From Sphyrna mokarran (taxonomy: Eukaryota): DNA of 64,000 bases. The notes under the pieces were generated by a model. It saw only the letters and a program-made list of their open reading frames with translations. It had not been told where the DNA came from and did no database searches. Positions 24,378 through 37,380 of the stretch are shown here, piece by piece. The translations under genes were made by a program, and so were the position numbers. How positions within the stretch are numbered: the first letter of the stretch is position 1; every line of letters begins with the position of its first letter. The stretch covers positions 40,362,001-40,426,000 of the forward strand of contig JAGIQG010000024.1 of the NCBI GenBank assembly GCA_024679065.1, in the 5' to 3' direction.

Positions 24378-24428
24378 CAGTGGCTTGATCCTGGAGATAA
24401 TGCATCTGAATTGGATGCAGAATTGGAC

Positions 24429-24434
24429 AATAAA
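24429..24434 (+). terminator. Probable LSM10 polyadenylation signal
   Basis: AATAAA ~50 nt after the stop, followed by G/T-rich sequence. Confidence 0.55.
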
Positions 24435-25689
24435 AGAGAATGTATCAGGACTGGGTGATGATAGGGAGGGGTTATTATGACTGAAGGTGGTATCTGGATA
24501 GGTTGGATGATGAGGGGTTAGTGGGATTGGATGGTATTTTGTGTGGTTTTATGGAGATGTATTGGGCAGGGAAAATGTGAGGGTTTCAGGACTGAATGGT
24601 GTTGGGGCTGTATCACGACTGGGTGGATAATTGGGATGGTCTTAGGAGCGGGTGCTGTGTGGGTTTATCAGGTCATGGTGGTGTTAGTAGATATCAGGAC
24701 CAGGAGTGGGCTGATTGGATAGGCTGGATGTTCAGAGGGTATAGGCTGGGGTGGTGTTGGAGTTTATTACTGGATGCTAGTGTTGTGGGGGGGTGGAGTG
24801 GGGGATGTTTGGAAGGGTTTTAGTGTAGGGGAGATTTTCTGGGGCTGTTGGGACTGGGTGATGTTGAGGGGGTATCAGGCCAGGGTAACGGGGTTTATTA
24901 CTGTGTGGTGGGGGATGGGGGGGGGCAGGGAGGTCAATGTTTGGAGGGTTATTAGGGTAAGGGAGATGTTCTTGGGCTGCTGGGACTGGGTGGTGTTGAT
25001 TGGGGAACCAGGTCTGACAGTATCTGAGTGGGTTATGAGGACTCAGTCAGTATGGACTCAAGGTGGTTGCGGATTAGAACAAACTGCACTGTCACTTTGG
25101 ATCACTTGGCAGAATCTTCACCTTTCGGCTGGAAAGTTGTAGCTCAAATTTATCAATCTGTCAACCTGCATTCCAGAGTAGCACTGAGAGAGAGCTGCCT
25201 TGTTGAAGTTGCTGTCCTTGGAAACACTAAAACACTGTACCATCTGCTTGGTTTTGTGGGTGATGTGGACAGTGCAGCACTTTGGCAGTATCAAAAAGAC
25301 ACAAAATACTAGTTCCAGGACAACGTCTTTACCGTTAATATCAACACACTTTGACCATGGATCTTGCTGTGCAGAGAGCAGCTGCTGCAATCCATCACAG
25401 AAACATTTTGGAATATCTCTGTAAGGTGAAATATAAATGCAGTTCCATCTCTCACACTGTCATTGTTTTTATCTGTGCTGCCTCCTAATAGATGGCTTTT
25501 TACGACAATGGTTTTATTGTCACCATTATTGAGATTAGCCTTTTAAAATTAATTCCAAATTTATGAATTGAATTGAAATTCCACCATCTGCCATGATGGG
25601 ATTTGAACCTGTGCTGCAGAGTATTAGTCTGTGTTTATGGATTATTTGTACATTGACGTTACTGCAATGTCACAACCTTCATCTAAAGC

Positions 25690-27250
25690 TTCTTTAGTGT
25701 TGTTGGAATTGCACTCATCCAGGCAAGTGGAGAATATTTCATTGTACTCCTGACTTGTGCCTTGTTAATGGTGGATGAGTTTCAGGGACTTAGGAAGTGA
25801 GTAACATGCCACAAGATTCCTAACTTCCCCAGTTCCTTTAGCCACAGCATATGTCTGCCCCATTTACATTTCTGTTCAGTGCTGACTCCCCATTAAATGT
25901 CATGGGAAGCTGGTTCGATTCTCTCATTAGCAAGGACATTTCTTGGTACTTGTTTAGGGTAAGAACTGTTTAATTCTGAGTGAGTTACAAATGGTACTGA
26001 ACACTGTGCAACAATCAGTGAACTCTTCTAACCTTTAAATAGAGGGAAGTTCACTGAGGAAGCAGCTGAAGATAGTTAATCTTAAGACACTGCCACAGGA
26101 GGCCGTCAGGTTAATGGCCAGAGACTGAGATGATTGACCTCCAACAACCACAACCATCTTCCTTTGTGCTAGAAATGACTCCAGCCAGCGGATGGTCTTT
26201 CCATTGCCTTCAATTTTTCTAGGGATTTGATTTCACACTCGCATTCTGGATGTCAGGGACAGTCTCACCTCTGCTCTGGAATCCAGCTCTTTGTCCACAT
26301 TTGGCTGTAGTGAAATAGGAGCTGAGTAGCTCTGGGTGGAATCCAAACTGAGCCAATGAGTGAGTTGTTGCTGAGTAAGTGCTGCTTGGTAACATTGTTT
26401 TTTTTTAATACATTATTTTTATTTTTCTAGCAAATATTGCAATATAACTGCAAGTTCACAAATCTAATGTGTACTACTGAGAACATACATAGACAAAGTT
26501 GAGTTAAAGTAACAATACCACAAAACCTGCTTGATAACATTGTCAACAACAATTTCCATCACTTTGCCGATAATTATGAGTAAAATGATGGGATAGTAAT
26601 TGGCTAGTTGATTAGACCCTGTTTTCTGTGGTTAGAATACATCTGGACAACTTTGTAATTTATTCAGTAGAATTCTGCTTTGTGGCAACTGGAACAGCTT
26701 AGCTAGAGGCAAATTTAGGATATTGTCAGGGCACAAGTTATATCCAGTACCTTGTACCATTTCCTGATAATACATGGAGTAAATTAATTAGGTTGAAGAC
26801 TGCTTTCATGATGCTGGGGCATCAAGAAGAGATTGAGATGGTTCATTTATTCAGCACTTGTTCCTGATGATTGTTGCAAATGCTTCAGCCTTGTCATTTC
26901 ACATTCATGCTGAACTCCCTCATCATTGAGGATGGGGATATTTGTGGAGCTTCCCCCTCCTCCTTCAATGAGTTGTTTAATTGTCCACCACCATTCATGA
27001 CTGGATGTGACAGGACTGTAGACATTTAATCTTTTGGTTGCAGAGTCAACCAAATATTCGTATTGTCTAAAGCACGTTACTTCCACTGTTGAGCTTGCAT
27101 GTAGTTTGTATTCTAGTGTCATCATGTTGGTGTGTAGTTTTCAGGTATGCCAGGTTCTGCTTTTGACGTGCTCTCCTATGTAACTCTCTGAAAGAGGGTT
27201 GATCCCCTGGCTTGATGGCAATGGTAAGAATGATGGATATTCCAGACTAT
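25690..27250 (-). mobile_element. Decayed L2/CR1-group LINE ORF2
   Basis: ORF 26847-27125 SSHEWWWTIKQL..GGGSSTNIPILNDEG and RT remnants at ~26040-26170. Confidence 0.7.
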
Positions 27251-28287
27251 GGATATCCCAGACCAGTGCATCACTGATCTGAAGCGTTAACTGTACATGT
27301 ACACACACGCACATGCTGCCTGGCCTAACATGTACTTCCAGCATTTTCAGTTGAGCAAACATGTACTTTATCACAGTTCCAGGATGTTTTTTGAACTGTG
27401 CTCTAAATTCAGTTACGGATTGTGGTTGAATATAATTCTGCTTTATCAAGACTATCTTGGATTAATGCATCTCCACAGATTGAATGGCAAGAGCCACTGT
27501 TTTTAATTTCTCTATCTGCCAGGATTTCACTCTGTTTTAGATCAGACTTCATTGGCTATAATATAAAATGGACAGTGAGTGAGAGAATGGCATTGTGATG
27601 TTGCTGATTACCGGATTACACACAGCAGCAATGAACTGGATTTATCTACACTAAGCAGATTAACAGTGAGTCATCACAACTTTATCCAGCCTTCCTGAAC
27701 AGAAAATCTAATAATTTTTGAAATCTCGGAACAGCCTGCTTAATAAACCTTCAAAAGGTTTGTGAGTGAAACTTATTCACCTTCCATTCAGCAATCTGTT
27801 CAAGATTTTTAAATAAAATGTAGTTTTCCTTTTACAGCTATTTGCCACACAGTGGCAGCATTTCCTCCTAGTTCTGATTGTTCCAGTGAAGATGGCAGCT
27901 TATTTGCTTTATAAGAATGAGGCAGAGTATCCCTTGGCACAGACACACTCAAAGGTACAAGAGCCAGGTCCTGCCGATGCTGAAAAACCGGAATGTCAAT
28001 AAAAAAAATACTTGGGATATTCAGCAGGTGTGGCGACGTCTGCAGAGAACAAAACAGGTCCACATATCAGAGTGCATCACTGATCTGAAGCATTAACTGT
28101 ACGTGTACACACACGCACATGCTGCCTGGCCTAATGTGTACTTCCAGCGTTTTCTGTTGAGCAAACGTACTTTATCACAATTCCAGGATGTTTTTTGAAC
28201 TGTGCTGTAAATTCAGCAGCCTGTAAACACTGGTACCACTTTACCGTGGTGTCCCGCAGCTCTGCTGGTGAAAACATGATGTTTAGG

Positions 28288-28505
28288 AGGTCGCTTTATC
28301 TCAGCTGGACAGCTGGTTCGTGAAGCAGAGCGATACCGACAGCTTGGGTTCAATTCCCATACCGGCTGAAGTTATTCACCCCATCTTCTCAACCTTGTGT
28401 GAGGTGTGGTGACCTTTGGGTTAAATCAGCACCAGTCAGCTCCCTCTCCCCCTCAAAGAGGAGAACAGTCTATGGTCATCTGGGACAATGGTGACTTTAC
28501 TTTCT
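28288..28505 (+). mobile_element. tRNA-derived SINE, third family
   Basis: A/B-box-like tctcagctgg...gggttcaattcc and tail atggtgactttacttt. Reverse copy at ~36207-36385. Confidence 0.6.
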
Positions 28506-29492
28506 TTATTCTATATAATGTTTAGCTGTCAATCTGATTCCTGACTGACGTGATGTATCAGGTTTCATAAAGGTGCAGCGTCATACTGGAAAAACAAGTT
28601 ATTCAGACAGAATGGAAAGCTTTTAAATATCTTTGGTAACACCAGAGTGTATGAAAAAAACATACTTTATGTTGAAAATATAAACTTTCCCTTACCATAA
28701 TAATGTCGTCTTTAAACCTTTTGAGCACTCTTAAGTTCCTGTGCTTTATTTCCCATTTACACCTCCTTGAGAGTAAACCCCTTGCCTTTTTGTTTATTTA
28801 ATTACTCATCCATTTTTACCTTGCATCATCTCTTTTGCCATTCAGTCATTCCTGTCCTCTCTGTCCTGTCATTTTTGCAACTTGCTTAAGAGCGGTTCCT
28901 TTCCAATTTCAATGCAAGTTCACAGACTGATCCCCTGAAACTCTGTTTCCCCCTCCACAAATCTCTGTCACTGCTGTGCTATTTGCTGAGTTTTTATTGC
29001 CTTGCTTTACTTTGCAGTCCGCATGAGTAAGCAAGAAATCTGTAGCTAATTGTGTTTGTACACAGTGTTGGTGCATGTTCATTCAGAAACTAGATGTTAA
29101 ACAGAGTGAGACTGCTGCAGAATGCTTACTGATGCAGAGTCTCTGTAGTCAGAATTCAGATGGGGAATCAGTGCACATTTATGATGCCAGCTGTTTAACC
29201 GAGTGGGTTATTTACATCTTATTAGTGTGGTTCCTTCTGAACTGACTGCCATTTAATATGCTGAACACATTGCCTGCAGTGCAGCCTTGTCACACACCTA
29301 CAGACAAGCATGTACTTGTCACACACTCAATAGACACACAAGCACACACAGTCACTATAGTTGCCAACCTTCCCAAATTGCTCCAGAAATTCAAGATTAA
29401 TTTCATGGACACTGCTTGTGAACAACACAGAAAAAAAATTACAGGCATTAAAATAGTTATTTTCATTTTCTTTGAAAACTTCTTTATTATAG

Positions 29493-29878
29493 AGCACAGT
29501 GGTTAGCACTGATATCTCTCAGCACCAGGAACATGGATTCAATTCGAGCCTTGGCTGACTGTGCAGTGTTTGTACATTCATCCTGTGTCTGCGTGGGTTT
29601 CCTTTGATTTCCTCCCACACTCCAAAATACACAGGTGAGGTGGATTAGCCATGCTGAATTATCTCTTAGTGTCCCAAGATGTGTAGGTTGGGATTTACGG
29701 GGTAAATAGAACAAAACAGCACGGGAAACAGGCCCTTCGGCCCAATGAACCTGCGCTGCCACCTCAATGTTCGTATGAGGTTACAGGGATAGGGCCCGGG
29801 TGGAACATTCTATCGGAGAATCAGTGTAAACTCGATGGGCCAAATGGCCACTTCTGCACTAAAGAGATTCTATGAGTC
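29493..29878 (+). mobile_element. HE1/V-SINE-like SINE interrupted by an antisense CR1 3' tip (29708-29770)
   Basis: gcacagtggttagcact head, V core and gattctatga tail; internal agaacaaaacagcacgggaaacaggcccttcggcccaa. Confidence 0.85.
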
Positions 29879-30938
29879 TATATTAAAAAAATTGGTGATG
29901 GGAATAAGGCTGTTTGACTGATAGTCAAGCAGAATTGGTTTTTCAATTAGAGTAGGAATGTATAGCACAATGTTAGTGGATAAAACAGTGACTCAGGCTA
30001 TTTGGGGGAAGGTTCACACAATTGGAATACATTAAGCAAAGTCTGGCAGGTCATATTCAAGATATCAGCTCAGTTACTAGCAGAACATAGTGATATGGAA
30101 CAATCTGATCTGAGCAACAGGGACGTTGCAGTCTGTACTCCCAGTACGTCCAACTGAAATATCCATCATTCCTCACTGCTGGACGATGTCTCCCGCTGTA
30201 AAATGTATGTTGGTGATATCAAGCAGAAATCAAGAGTGCTCAGTTATGATTTGTAACCTTCTGTTATGATGCCGTTTATCCCGGCATATGCCCATGACCT
30301 TAATAATGAGGTTGATAGGATCTGTGCTTCGATAAAACTCACAGCCCTTGAGAGCAAGTAGGGAAAGTCCCGAAGCACAAAGTAGAGGGTTGATAGATTT
30401 CTAGATACTAATGATATTGAGGTATGGAGATAATGCTATCCATTAGCACAGAATTAGAAGATCAGTAATGATGTAGGTCTGTGTCTTGCAAACTTTTTTC
30501 CCAGTGACCCACTTTCACCATATGGCCATCCTTTGCAATATGTTATGTAGATGTGTAATGAAACACAACCTTTCCACTTTATTCTACGGTATATTGAACA
30601 TCACAGGGTCTGTTTCAGATCTATTTTCCAATTTATTCCAGCCATATTCAGCACAAAGAAAATGGGTGTCAGTATCTTGCAAACTCCTCTCATCAACATA
30701 TACATTCAAACTAAATATCCAAAATCAAACAATATACTAGTTTTCTGTACCTGAACCATCCACAGGAAATTGACTGCCATTTATTTGTGACAGATTTCTC
30801 ATTTGTAATACACTTCGGAATGCGGACCTCATCAGATCAACATGCTCTTTTTTAGGTGGAAACTTTTAAGTTTTTTTATTAGTGTTACAAATACCCTTAC
30901 ATTGTCAGTGCAATGAAGTCACGGTGAAGATCCCCTAA

Positions 30939-31166
30939 GGCAGCACAGTGGTTAGCACTGCTGCCTCATAGCACCTGGAATCCCGGTTCGATTCCCAGCT
31001 TGGGTCATTGTCTGCGCAGAGTCTGCATGTTCTCCCCGTGCTTGAGTGGGTTTCCTCCAGGTGCTCCAATTTCCTTCCACAGTCTGAAAAGATGTACGGG
31101 TTATGTGCCAAATTCTCCGTCAGTGTACCCGAACAGGTACTCGACTATGGAGACCAGGGGATTTTC
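30939..31166 (+). mobile_element. V-SINE-like SINE (type B) with an inverted tail fragment upstream (30870-30938)
   Basis: ggcagcacagtggttagcactgctgcctca...ggttcgattccc head and V core. Confidence 0.8.
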
Positions 31167-32794
31167 ATTTCTTATTTATAATACACTTTTGTAATGCGGA
31201 GCTCATCAAATCAACGTGTTTTTAGGTGGAAACTTAATAGAGCAAGTCGCCAATCATCTCTATCCGTTACCATCCCATCAATAAGGCTCATGTTGTTAAG
31301 ACCCAGGCCAGAAACTCAGATATTTTATGAAGTTAGCCTAGACCGAAAATTTTACATTAGATTTTTGGCATTGGTGAGTATACAAATCAAATTACCCATT
31401 TGAAAGCTTTTATCATCAAAGTTTATATAAGAACACAGAATATAATACAAAGTGTAGCATAATTTTTACCAATTCCAAGACTTAAACATGAAGCAGTATA
31501 ATTCTTAACAGCTACCTATCTATGTTGTTCTAATTCAAAACAATATCCCACAGACATACACCCTTCTTCTGAATTAGTGAACACAAACACAAGAATTTTC
31601 ATGTGATGCTGGATTTCACGTTTTTAAACAGTTCTGGATAGAGATCCTGACAGCAATTTTCGTCTCTGGTAGTTCTCAGACTTCAGTGAGGAGAAACAAG
31701 AGAAACTTCTCTTTCTGAACTTAAAAGCAGCATCTAAAACAGCAAAAATTCCAACTCCATAGAGGGGGAGAAGCACTGCTGTCTCTTTCATCTCTAAGCA
31801 GCTTCTGAAACCAAAACTGGATTCTCTGTGAAAACACAGCTGTCCTTAGTCATATGATCTGACTTGTCAATCACCTCCCAATCAAGCTTAACTCTGCCAT
31901 CCTATGGGAACACACACACAAAAAAACAGACAGAGCCACAGCTGCCATCTTGTTGAGTTCCTTGGTTATGTTGAATTTGCACGTTTTAAGTTTGTGCTAT
32001 CTTGCTTTTTGCATGTCAACCACAAGGTAGCACCAAAGTAGCACATTTTAAACAACACATTCACACCAACCAGCAGCAATTGGAGCAAAATTCCACAACT
32101 CGAAAAGGGACAGTGTTATCACAGCCCTGAGTCATAGCAATCGAGAGATCATCAAATTTGACATTATCTGAGATTCAGTCTCATTGGCATTTGTGGCTCA
32201 GTGTTAGCACTTGCAAATCCATGAAATTAATTCAATGACACAAATTAGATTTTTTTTTAACCAGTACAGCTTTAATTTTTGGTTAATTACTTATTCTGAG
32301 ATTACGATCCCTCATTTTAATTCTCCAGTCAGGAGGAACAAATTCTTAGCCTCTCCCTGTCAAGACCGCTAAACGTTGTATAACATTTTAACAAAATTAG
32401 CTAAATTCTCAACCATTTAGGCCCATTCCAGGACAGCCCTCCCACAACAAGAATCAACTTAGTGAGTATTCATCGCATTCTGTCTTAGGGCGAATTAGAT
32501 AAGAATAAATTGTACACAGTTTGCTCTTGCAAAAGCTCCCTCTAATTACAGCAGGAATTCCTCCCTTTTACACTGAAACCATTGTAATAAAGGCTGACCT
32601 ACCACATCTTCTCAGCCTATTGACTGTGTGATCTGTATACAAGAACACTTAAATCCTTCATTTGATCCCAGTGTAGTCTCTGGCCTTCCAAAAACTTCTG
32701 CTTTTCTATTCTTTCCTCCAAATTTCCCTATATAATATACCCATCATCTTCTCACCTTACTCAATCACTTAACTGGCCTAAACTCTTAGACAAC

Positions 32795-33070
32795 CACTGC
32801 CATCTCACAGCACCAGCAATCCGGGTTTGACTTTGGCTTTGGTCACTGTCTGTGCAGAGTCTGAGCATTCACCCCGTGTCTGTGGGTTTCCTCTGGGTGC
32901 TCTAGTTTCTTTCCACAGTCCAAAAGACATGCTGGTTGGGTGCTTTGGCCATGCTAAATTCCCCCTCAGTGCACCCAAACAGGCACAAGAGTGTGGCAAC
33001 CAAGGGATTTTCACAGTAACTTCATTGCAATGTTAATGTAAGCCTATTTGTGACATTAATTCATAAACTT
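32795..33070 (+). mobile_element. V-SINE-like SINE (type B) inside an old minus-strand CR1 (~32290-33290)
   Basis: V core plus the full tail gggattttcacagtaacttcattgcaatgttaatgtaagcctatttgtgaca. Confidence 0.8.
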
Positions 33071-33654
33071 TAAAACTTTTCCCATGGCTAACTTTTCCAA
33101 TAAGATTTGTACTGTCAGCAAGCTTGGACACATTACATGCAGTCCCCTCACCAATGTCAGAGAAACAGTTTGTAAACAATGAGATTAAAGCACCGATCCT
33201 CTATCTGTGACACCCTGCCACTCCAAAAATGACCCGTTTATTTTATATTCCCCAGTCACATGAGTCTTAATCCGGTGTAATCTTCAATTCACTTACCAGA
33301 ACTATTTATAAAATGTGCTAAATATATTTTCCAGTTCTGGAAATGTACAAATGTTTTCTCTTCTTATCAGTTTGCAAACTTTTAATGCTAATATGCTGTG
33401 TGAAAGTAGTGGATCTTTTTATACAATTCTCTTCACCTGATACAGATTTTCTGTATCACAAGAAGAATACAACATGATAACATTTGCAGCATATTGACTT
33501 TTTGTATAAAGGAATATATGTGTTATTGTTTAAGATTATACTTTGCCTAATTTGGCACAAAACACTATAAAGTTCATACTAAAAATCTAAAGAATGTAAT
33601 ATTTTGACTTACTTATCATAAGATTCAGTGGAAGATGCCAACAATTTATTCGTA

Positions 33655-34160
33655 ACAAGAATAGAGGACTTAGGACCATTTGGCCCTTCCAATCCACTTC
33701 AGTATTCAATTAGATCATGACTGATCTTGTTGTAGTCTTGACTCCCCTTTCCAGTCTACCCACCATTACCCTTGAATCCCTTCAACCTTAATCAGCCGTA
33801 AATACATTTAAAGATCCAGCCTCCATCCACTACTTTCTAGAGCAGAGAATTCCACCCTCCAATGACCCTCTGAAAGAAAAAAAATTCTCATCTGTAATTT
33901 TCAATTCACTGCCCACATAAGAGGGAGGCCTCTAATTCTTAAACCATGCCTTCAAGTTCTAGTCTCCCCTACAAGAGGAAACATCTTCCCATTATCTATT
34001 CTGCCCAGTCCTCTCAGGATCTTATATGTTTCAATAAGATCACCTCTCATTCCATCAAACTCTAGTGGGTACAGGCCCAACCTCTTCAACATGCCTTTTT
34101 AAGATAATCCTTCATCCTAGGAATCAGTCCAGTCAATCTTCTCAAAACTGCCCCTAAGCA
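33655..34160 (-). mobile_element. CR1 3' fragment
   Basis: caataagatcacctctcattc is the reverse complement of RMRGDLI; CR1 3' UTR at the left end. Confidence 0.8.
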
Positions 34161-35233
34161 TCATTAACCATAACAAGGATTAGAATGTGCATGTCATAAC
34201 ATTGACCTACACACTGATTGTAATTCTGAGTCACATATAAAAGCATTTGAGTTCATTTGCAGGTCATGGCTGGTACTGGGAGTACAACATTTTCCCCTCA
34301 GCAAGTAATCAGTGTTAGGTCAGACTGACAACCTAAAGGACATAGACCAGAACAACATCTAAAGCATCAGCCAAGCTTTAAAGCATTCATTCACTCAGGA
34401 GTAAAGAGTGAGGGCATTGGTCACAAACTTGTTTCGCCCATATCAAACTAATGATCAATGTTTGACCTGTTATCAGCAGTAAGCAATGGCATGGCGTGAC
34501 AAATATGATCTCAAAACAATTCTGCTGCATAGAAAATAAAGGTATTTTGTAAGATATTTTGTGACAATAAAGATTTATTTTTCAAAACTATGATGTTAAG
34601 TATTCGACATGCCTTCAATCAATTGTTGCAGAATTGCTTTGCTGCTATTTGGTATCAATCCCCTTTACACTTAATTGGGTTAATTCTTTGATTGGCGGTT
34701 GGAAGCGTTTGATCTTTTCCATGGGATGTTTGCCTTTGGATTGCTTTATGCAAAGCAAACAATTTTTCAGAGGGATCAGACATCTTCCACCGTCAATCAA
34801 ATAGATTAACTACAACCCAGCACAGCACAATAGGAAATATTAAAGGCTTTCTGATTGATTCTGCAAAGATCCACAAAATTAATTCAAGTGATTACATGAC
34901 ACAAGTTAGATTGTTCTTTGTTAAACAAGCAGAGCTTTATAAACATTTTTTGCAATGGTCCCCCTGTTTTTCTCAGACCCTCTGCACTTTCTGTGATTCG
35001 GCTCCACCACTGACACTTGACTCAAGGAACCATTATTGGCAGCGGAATGTTTTCAGGTAGTAGAACCATCAACAGCCAGCCACCTGACAAAATTATTAGA
35101 TAACAACAAGCTTTAGGTGCTTCTAATTAACTTTCTATCATCTTGGTGACCACAGGTTATTGAAGATTATCAAAGCATCATCACTATTCACTGATATCAG
35201 TTCCTTCCAATAAATCTCCAATGGGTTCAGATA

Positions 35234-35541
35234 GGGCGGCATGGTGGCACAGTGGTTAGCACAGCTGCCTCACAGCGCCAGGGACCTGGTTCAATTCCCA
35301 GCTTGGGTCACTGCCTGTGTGGAATCTGCACATTCTCCCCATGTCTGTGTGGGTTTCCTCCAGTGCTCCAGTTTCCTCCTACAGTCCAAAGGTGTGCAGG
35401 TTAGATAGATTGGCTGTGATAAATTGCCCCTTAATGTCAGGGGGATTAGTAGGGCAAATATGTGAGGTTACAGGGATAGGACAAGACCTGGTCGGTGCCG
35501 ATTTGATGGGGAAATGGCCTCCTGCACTTTAGATTCTATGA
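35234..35541 (+). mobile_element. Complete HE1/V-SINE-like SINE
   Basis: tRNA-like head gggcggcatggtggcacagtggttagcac (A box) ... ggttcaattccc (B box), V core, and CR1-type tail aaatggcct...gattctatga. Confidence 0.9.
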
Positions 35542-36814
35542 AGTGAGGAAAAGGCCAGTGATGGAAGCCGTTTAAAACACAGGTCCACCTGTTTCTCACA
35601 TTTATACAAACACTGCAGGAGGGTGGTACTTTATGGAGCCCACAAGAATGAGAACTCTGGCATGTGGAATGATTGAATTATATTAAATTTCAATATCCAA
35701 ATAGTGGGGTAAAGATTCAGCCAGCAACACTTCTGTCGTGTATCAAGACTCGTACTGTCCTGTAATGTGTTCACACTTGGGATACATTTGTAAGTGGGGA
35801 ATACTCATCACACAAAACCATTTCTTAATAAAGTTTTACTTTCCAGATAAAGTCAGCAGCATGTGAGAATCCTGTCACACCCAGCTCTCGTTTGTTTGGA
35901 GATGGCATTCACCGGGCAGATTTTCCTCATGGAGCTCTGTGCCACAAGGCACAGAGGGGAGCAGGAGGATGGCAGCTTGCACAGAGGCTCAGGACTGGCA
36001 GGGGTGAGGAAGAGATGTGGAGTGGAGTGGGGTTAGAGGCTCAGAGGAGTGCAAAAGAGATCCAAAGAAGGACATAGAGTGGGGTCAGGGACATGGAGGA
36101 GTGAAGCTGGAGTCCTTGGTGTGGTGGGGTGTGTGTGAGTGTCAAATAGGTTCTTAGGACGGGTGTTAAAAACTTAACTAGTTTAAGATGATCGGGTGTT
36201 GGTTAAAAAAAGGTAAAGTTGCCATAGTCTCTTTTGAAGGGAAGAACTGGCTGGTGATGATTTAACCCAAGGATCACCACAACTCAGGTAAAGTTGAGAA
36301 GGCTTTGTGGATAACCTCAACCAGTACTGGACTGGAACCCATACTGTTGGCATCACTAACCAGCCATCCAGCCAACTCAGCTAAACCAGTTAATTGTACT
36401 CAGATCTGTATATAAAGGACAATTAGCAGGCACTGGGCAATGAGTGTTAGTGGAAAAGTAAGCTCTGTGGCAAGCAATGAACAGTCTCTACCAAAGCATC
36501 CTAGTCTCTTCACAATCAGGCTTGGGAGTTTTCTCTCACACTGGGGGCAGAGAAAGGTTGCCGGAAAGTGAAGATTGGAGACTAAGATTTACTTCCAGGC
36601 AGAAGGTTAGAATTACGGTTACCTTTTTTTTTGAGAAGACCATAATTGGTGATGCTTTGAAGAAAGATGACTGAAACTGGTTGGCTGGGTGTGATTTTCT
36701 CCCACTATTTCTGAAACAGACATTATGATCGGAAAAATAAAATCAATGAATACACACAGGTTATGTCTCTAGGGGAAAATAAAGCAAGGAATGGGACTGG
36801 CACTTTCAGTTCCT

Positions 36815-37380
36815 CAGTAAGAATCTAGCAACACCAATTTTAAATCCAACCGATTTATTTGATAGTAAAATTGCGAGCTTTCGACACTCTGTATCTTCGT
36901 CAGGCAAATGCAGTGTTCTGGTCTGCAATAGCACACATATCAACACAGACAATCACAGATTGCTGATTAGAATGCGAATCCTTACATCTAACCTGCTATT
37001 CAAGTGTTAAAGGGGCTAACAATGTGTGTGAAGGGAATCCTGAGCATTGATTAGAGAATTGTGTATTTTCTCCAGACAGCACAGTAAGTGAGGTTTTTTG
37101 CTAACCCAGGCAAGTTACGGGGGTTACAGATAGTGTGTCATGAAGCTAAGATCCCTATTAAGACCGTCCTCATGTGTGCGGAACTTGGCTATCAGTCTCT
37201 GCTCAGTGACTCTGCGCTGTCGTGTGTCATGAAGGACCCCTTGAAGAACATTTACCCGCAGGTCGGAGGCCGAATGCCCGTGACTGCTGAAGTGTTCGCC
37301 CACAGGAAGGGAACTGTTTTGCCTGGTGATTGTTCAGCGATGCTCATTCATCCGCTGTCGTAGTGTCTGCATGGTCTCCC
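36815..37380 (-). mobile_element. Penelope-like element 3' end with 12-bp target-site duplication
   Basis: Near-identical to 21610-22138. Flanked by CTTTCAGTTCCT at 36803-36814 and 37381-37392. Confidence 0.9.
36871..36907 (-). ncRNA. Minimal hammerhead ribozyme motif (PLE), copy 3, intact
   Basis: TTGC-CTGACGA-A-GATAC(aga)GTGTC-GAAA-GC-TC-GCAA: full core, helix I TTGC/GCAA, palindromic AGCT helix III, UC cleavage site. Confidence 0.8.

Noticed and set aside
31294-32122. Possible solo LTR (TGTTAAG...TATCACA)
   Set aside because: No matching TSD and no second copy in the window; cannot be supported by eye.
35234-35305. tRNA-like sequences with A and B boxes
   Set aside because: These are SINE heads continuing into V core and tail; no complete cloverleaf.
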